Assembly (NCBI GenBank): GCA_963812155.1
Contig: CAWETW010000003.1
Coordinates: 288,001-352,000 of the forward strand
Direction: 5' to 3'
Length of the DNA: 64,000 nt
From: Vulcanimicrobiota bacterium
GTDB lineage: Bacteria; Vulcanimicrobiota; Vulcanimicrobiia; Vulcanimicrobiales; Vulcanimicrobiaceae
The notes under the pieces are model-generated. The model saw nothing but the letters and a program-made list of their open reading frames with translations, was not told the DNA's origin and did no database searches. Both the position numbers and the translations under genes were made by a program. Each line of letters opens with the position of its first letter. Position 1 is the stretch's first letter. Of the stretch, positions 59,454-64,000 are shown piece after piece.

Positions 59454-60032
59454 GAAGCGTTCGCGCGCTATACCGATAGCGAGCGGCGGCATTTCCTCGT
59501 CGGGAAGTAAGCCGGTGGCTTTGCCGTCGATGCGGTGAATCCCGGCGTAGACCGAGAACTCGATGAGCGACGGAATGGTCGCGTTGGGTAAACGCTTTTG
59601 GCCGAGCCATTCCCATTCACACGCGATCGCGCGATCGGGGAAGAGCGCGGCGACGTAACCGCACGCATCGCCTTGCGAGTGGTCGTCGGGCTCGCGATAG
59701 CGGACGTAACCGTCGAGGACGTAGATCGGCTTGAATGTTTGCAGGTACGCGGAGAACGGCGCGACGAGCACGGCGACGAAATATCCGGCGAAGGCTACGG
59801 CCCCGACGAGAAAAATCGGTGCGATTTTTGCAAGCGTTGCGTCGCTGGTGACGTGTTGCGCGCGCCAGATGACGCCCCATCCCAGCAGCCCCATGAACAG
59901 CATGCCGAGGAGCGGCTCGATTGCAAGTGCGAAGCGGCCGGTCAAACCGCGCCACACGACGCGCCGCTCGCGTGCGGTCCACGGACGGTGCGCGAGTTCG
60001 TGCGCTCGGCGGTCGAATTCGCGGTATTTCAC
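59445..60032 (-). CDS. Hypothetical two-TM membrane protein
   Basis: Protein-like ORF with two TM segments and a soluble C-terminal domain. Confidence 0.75.
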   Translation of the reverse strand: MKYREFDRRAHELAHRPWTARERRVVWRGLTGRFALAIEPLLGMLFMGLLGWGVIWRAQHVTSDATLAKIAPIFLVGAVAFAGYFVAVLVAPFSAYLQTFKPIYVLDGYVRYREPDDHSQGDACGYVAALFPDRAIACEWEWLGQKRLPNATIPSLIEFSVYAGIHRIDGKATGLLPDEEMPPLAIGIARERFRD

Positions 60033-60065
60033 AACGACGTCTTTACCCCCACGGGCTGCGGGTCG

Positions 60066-61397
60066 TCACGCCGCTTGGGCGATGGCTCGGGTTCTTTCGT
60101 CGCGGCGCGACTTGAGGCTTGCGGCTAGAGCCAGGGCGACGAAGGCAATCGCACAGAACGCCAAATAGGCGTGCCGGTAGCCGAGCCGTTCGCTGCTTGC
60201 ATAACCGATGAGCCCGCCGGCAAGCGAGCTTCCCAGAATTTGGCCGACGATGAGGCACTGGCTCAGCAGGCCGACCGCGGTCGCGCGTAGTTCCTGCGGC
60301 GTTTCGTTGGTGACGATGTATCGCGTGGGCGCCCCCAGCAGCGCGCCGAAACCGGCGCCCGCCACAATCATGGCGAGCAGCGAGAGCCAGAGCGATCCGA
60401 AGCCGATCGCGAAAATCGCCAGGCCGATCTCCGTGAACGCGGTTCCGGCGAGCAGCACGTCGCGGCTGCCGACGCGGTCGAGCGCGCGACCGGCGCCGGG
60501 GATGACGACGACGAACGTCAGGGCGCCCAGGGCCGCGATCGCGCCGGCCGCCAGTGCCGAGAGATTCTGCGCGCCGATCAACACCGTCGGAATGAAGAAG
60601 AGCGAGCCTTCCAGCATCCCGATTGCGATTTCGAGCGCGTAGGTTTTCGCGAGTTGCGGCGCGCGAAAGAGACTCATCGGCACCGCCGGTGCGTCGGCGG
60701 CGTAGCGTTCCCAAAGAACGAACCCAACGAGCGCGACGACGCCGAGAATGCCGATTGCCGCGTGCGACGCGATGAGCCCGTCCATGATCGCGAGCAAACC
60801 GGTACTTAGAAGGACGAGTCCGACGGCGTCGAGCGGTCGCCGCCGCTGTGGTGCCGTCGACGGCACGTGCAGACGCGCCAGCACGAAAACGGCGATCGCG
60901 AGCGGCACGTTCGGCGCGAAGATCCAACGCCACGACACGAAATGCGTCACCAATCCTCCGAATGCAGGGCCGGCCACGGCCGCCAGTCCCCACGTTGCCG
61001 CCACCAGTCCGAGGGCGGCACCGCGTCTCTCTTGCGGCACGACGTCGCCGATGGCTGCGGTTGCGACCGGAAAGATACCGCCTGCGCCCAGTGCTTGGAG
61101 TGCGCGCGCGGCAAGCAAGACGGGATATGCAGGCGCGGCCATCGCGAGAACGCTGCCGGCGGCGAAGAGCGCGATGCATCCGATGTAGACGTTGCGCCGG
61201 CCGTACCGGTCCGCAAGCGCGCTCGCAATCGCAATCGATACGATGGTCGCGAGGAGGTAGATGGTAAAAACCCATGCGAGGTCGCTGGTCGCAACGCCGA
61301 AGTCCTTGCCGATGGCGGGCAGCGCCGGTGCCAGCACGCTCAAGTCGAGCGCGCCGGCGAAGACTCCTAAGCCGAGCGTGAGGAGCAGCGGTCTCAC
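60066..61397 (-). CDS. MFS drug-resistance-type transporter
   Basis: GALDLSVLAPALP, ALADRYGRR and WRWIF.PNVP; GTGA overlap with ctaB. Confidence 0.92.
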   Translation of the reverse strand: MRPLLLTLGLGVFAGALDLSVLAPALPAIGKDFGVATSDLAWVFTIYLLATIVSIAIASALADRYGRRNVYIGCIALFAAGSVLAMAAPAYPVLLAARALQALGAGGIFPVATAAIGDVVPQERRGAALGLVAATWGLAAVAGPAFGGLVTHFVSWRWIFAPNVPLAIAVFVLARLHVPSTAPQRRRPLDAVGLVLLSTGLLAIMDGLIASHAAIGILGVVALVGFVLWERYAADAPAVPMSLFRAPQLAKTYALEIAIGMLEGSLFFIPTVLIGAQNLSALAAGAIAALGALTFVVVIPGAGRALDRVGSRDVLLAGTAFTEIGLAIFAIGFGSLWLSLLAMIVAGAGFGALLGAPTRYIVTNETPQELRATAVGLLSQCLIVGQILGSSLAGGLIGYASSERLGYRHAYLAFCAIAFVALALAASLKSRRDERTRAIAQAA

Positions 61398-62272
61398 GAA
61401 ATGACGATGCGGTCGATGACCATGACCGCGCACATGAGCGCCAGATAGATCAGCGAAAAACGAAACAAGCGGCGAGCCGCGACGGTCGCATCGCTCGCGC
61501 GCCACGTGCGAATCGCATCGGCGACGAAGACGCCGCCGAGCACCGCGGCGGCGGCAAAGTAGAACGCGCCCATGACGTGCAGGGGATAGAGCGCCAGCGA
61601 CGCGATCACGAGAATGATGCTGTAATAGACGATCTCGCGCTTAGTGCGCTGCTCGCCGTAGACGTTGGGAAACATCGGGATCTTCGCCTTGGCGTAGTCG
61701 AGCTCGGTCATTAGCGAGAGCGACCAGAAGTGCGGCGGCGTCCAGAGAAAGATCAGCGCGAAGAGACCCAGCGCCGGACCGCCGATGGAGTGCGTGACCG
61801 CCGCCCATCCTACGAGCGGCGGCACCGAGCCCGCGGCGCCGCCGATGACGATGTTGAGCGGCGTGATGCGTTTGAGCCACATCGTGTAGATCACGACGTA
61901 GTACAGATTTCCGGCGAGCGAGAGCCACGCCGCCAGCGGATTGACCAGCAGATAGAGCACCGCAAAGCCGGCAACGCCCGCGACGATTGCGAACGCGACC
62001 GCTTCCGGAACGCCGATGCGTCCCTGCGGAATCGGGCGGCGGCGGGTGCGCTCCATGAGGCCGTCGATGTCGGCGTCGTAGGCGCAGTTGAAGGCGCCGG
62101 CCGAGGCGGCAGCCAGCGCTCCGCCAAGCAGCGTCCACAGGACCAGCGCCGGTGCGGGAAGGCCGCGCGCCGCCATCGCCATCGCCGCTGCCGTGGTGAT
62201 CAGCAACAAAACGATGATGCGCGGTTTCGAGAGTTCGTAGTACGCCCCGATGCGCGCCGCGAATGCGCTCAC
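61394..62272 (-). CDS. ctaB: Protoheme IX farnesyltransferase (heme o synthase)
   Basis: ELSKPRI, DIDGLMERTRRRP, YTMWLKR and WTPPHFWSL. Confidence 0.96.
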   Translation of the reverse strand: MSAFAARIGAYYELSKPRIIVLLLITTAAAMAMAARGLPAPALVLWTLLGGALAAASAGAFNCAYDADIDGLMERTRRRPIPQGRIGVPEAVAFAIVAGVAGFAVLYLLVNPLAAWLSLAGNLYYVVIYTMWLKRITPLNIVIGGAAGSVPPLVGWAAVTHSIGGPALGLFALIFLWTPPHFWSLSLMTELDYAKAKIPMFPNVYGEQRTKREIVYYSIILVIASLALYPLHVMGAFYFAAAAVLGGVFVADAIRTWRASDATVAARRLFRFSLIYLALMCAVMVIDRIVIS

Positions 62273-63186
62273 GGATCGGCGATCGCGCTCGGAGCGCGCT
62301 GCAGTGCGCCGTTGTCGATGACGGCGAAGAGCGCTGCGACGACGAACGCGAGGAACGTCAGCGCGGCGTTCACCGCGTGCGCTTCGCGCAGTTCGGTCGG
62401 CAGCCGCAGCGCGACGTTGAGCAGTCCGAGAAGCACTTGCACGCCGACCAGAGCGACGCCGGTGCTGACGGCCGCGCGCACGCGCGCCGGCGCCGGTTGC
62501 GCCCAAGCGAGTGCGAGCGCGCCGGCGGCGGCAACCAGCGTTGCGCCGGCAGCGATGCGATGCAGCAGCTGCACGATCTGACCGTCGGAGTAGACGACGA
62601 CGTTGCCGGCGCAGCCGGGAATCGAGAGACACGCGAGACCGGCGCCGCTCGAGCTGACATACGCGCCGATGCACATCGTCACGAACGCAATCGTCGCGGT
62701 GGCGACGAGTGCCGGCGCGAGGAAATCGTACCTGGCTCCGGCGGTCCGCGGCGCGCCGGAATCCGAGGCAGCCGCGAAAATCGCCATCGCCGAAAGGGCC
62801 GCTACGAGTGCCATTGCCGTGGCCCAGTGCAGCACCACGGAGAACGGCGTATTCGCCAATCGGACGGTCGCCGCGCCAATCAGAATTTGGGCGACGAAGA
62901 TGGCTGCGATTACGACGACGGTGGGAGCGATGAACGGCGACTCTTTGCGCCGGCGCCACGCGCAGATCACGAGCGCGGCGACGAGCGGCGCGACCAACAG
63001 TGCCAGCAGGCGATGCGACCATTCCCAGATCGTGCCGTCGCTCATGGACGGGAGGATGCTGCCGCGGCACAGCGGCCAGTCGGGACAGGTTTCGCCCGCC
63101 CCGTTGATCCGCGTCCAACTTCCGAGGACCACCGCGCCCAGCGCGATCAGATCCGTCCCCAGCGCCAGGCGGCGCAGAGTTTTCAT
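62269..63186 (-). CDS. ctaA: Heme A synthase (COX15/CtaA)
   Basis: AGETCPDWPLC, EWSHR, LHW and GLAC...C...LHR. Confidence 0.93.
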   Translation of the reverse strand: MKTLRRLALGTDLIALGAVVLGSWTRINGAGETCPDWPLCRGSILPSMSDGTIWEWSHRLLALLVAPLVAALVICAWRRRKESPFIAPTVVVIAAIFVAQILIGAATVRLANTPFSVVLHWATAMALVAALSAMAIFAAASDSGAPRTAGARYDFLAPALVATATIAFVTMCIGAYVSSSGAGLACLSIPGCAGNVVVYSDGQIVQLLHRIAAGATLVAAAGALALAWAQPAPARVRAAVSTGVALVGVQVLLGLLNVALRLPTELREAHAVNAALTFLAFVVAALFAVIDNGALQRAPSAIADP

Positions 63187-63298
63187 GCCAGTTCAGGGTA
63201 CCGGCGCGCCGTCATTGGTCACAATGACATTGGATGCTGGGTCTCATTATTCATCGCCGCCACGGGGGCGCGCCGACGCGCGCGCGAAGGCGAGGGCC

Positions 63299-63730
63299 GT
63301 GAAACGCTGGTGGGCGCTCGCGGCACTCCTGCTCCTCGTCGGTTGCCGGGAAGTCCGCGTGAAGACGCTTTCAACCGGAACGACGACCGTCCCGGGCGGC
63401 AACCAGATCGCCGTCGTCCGCAACCCCGACGACCTCGCAAAACTCGGCCTCCACGCGCCGGTGCACTTTCGCGGCGAGTTCGGCGTCATTCTCTTGATGG
63501 GTCCCCACGTCCGCACGGGGTACAAGCAGATCATCGAGTCGATTCGGGCGAACGACCAGCGCGTGAGGGTCGTAGCCTTCGAGCAGGAGCCTGCCGACGG
63601 CGGCGAACCTTCCCCGAGTTACCGCACGTACACCTTATGGATCGTGCCGAACAGCGTGTACCGGCGCGGCGTTCGAGTAGAAGTGGTCACGCCGAGCGAC
63701 GAGCCGATCGCCACCACGTATCTCCCGTAG
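63299..63730 (+). CDS. Lipoprotein with PrcB C-terminal-like domain
   Basis: Lipobox LVGC; LMGP...TGY..IIESI. Confidence 0.6.
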   Translation: MKRWWALAALLLLVGCREVRVKTLSTGTTTVPGGNQIAVVRNPDDLAKLGLHAPVHFRGEFGVILLMGPHVRTGYKQIIESIRANDQRVRVVAFEQEPADGGEPSPSYRTYTLWIVPNSVYRRGVRVEVVTPSDEPIATTYLP

Positions 63731-63749
63731 GAGTCTGCTGAAGAAACCG

Positions 63750-64000
63750 ATGCTGGTTCCCAAAGATTCCGCGCAGACTGCGGGAAGCGACGAACGCAAG
63801 GGCGCGCGCGTCGAGCGGCTTGGCGTCGTGATGAGTCCCGACGGAGAACGCACGGAAGCGGCCGGAATCCTCAATCCGGCGGCCGCGCGCGGACCGCAGA
63901 ACGAGTTGCTCCTCTATCCGCGTTGCGTCGCGCGCGGAAACATCTCGCGCGTCGGAACCGTTCAGGCCGATCCATCGCGAGACGGCATCGGCGTACGAAA
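63750..64000 (+). CDS. GH130-like glycosidase/phosphorylase, N-terminal part (runs off the window)
   Basis: Manual translation: RLGVVMSPD...EAAGILNPAAARGP..ELLLYPRCVARGNISRVG. Confidence 0.7.
   Translation, partial: MLVPKDSAQTAGSDERKGARVERLGVVMSPDGERTEAAGILNPAAARGPQNELLLYPRCVARGNISRVGTVQADPSRDGIGVR

Overview
High-GC bacterial chromosomal segment with about 60 genes. No rRNA, tRNA, CRISPR array, transposase, integrase or phage gene was recognisable. The mix of diderm envelope genes (TamB, Skp-like, LolA-like), Terrabacteria-style regulators (SigK/RskA, BlaI/M56, BTAD-STAND, SigB/SigF-like promoters) and many secreted lipoproteins (NHL propeller, sedolisin, phosphoesterase, BBE oxidase) resembles Eremiobacterota/Vulcanimicrobiota; this is an inference, not tested. 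Left third: MerR/BmrR regulator, secreted lipoproteins, an S53 protease beside a BTAD-AAA-TPR regulator, and a BlaI-M56 operon. Middle: TamB, permeases, ettA, a GMC oxidase pair, SigK-RskA, a sirtuin, and a GH20-transporter-M20-methyltransferase-hydantoinase operon. Right third: a general-stress island, an amino-sugar operon with nanE, and an A2-type caa3 oxidase with ctaA/ctaB. About 11 genes carry frameshifts, densest at 41-45.7 kb, most likely long-read indel errors. Best leads: (1) a BTAD-STAND regulator, a 65-aa orphan protein and a sedolisin arranged around four 11-bp-phased CGTCTC/GAGACG boxes; (2) a BlaI/M56 system whose sensor and secreted partner share a 29-aa repeat; (3) a GTTT-N16-GGGTA general-stress regulon readable from the DNA; (4) a transporter apparently fused to an extracytoplasmic PDZ domain; (5) two MITE-like structured intergenic elements.
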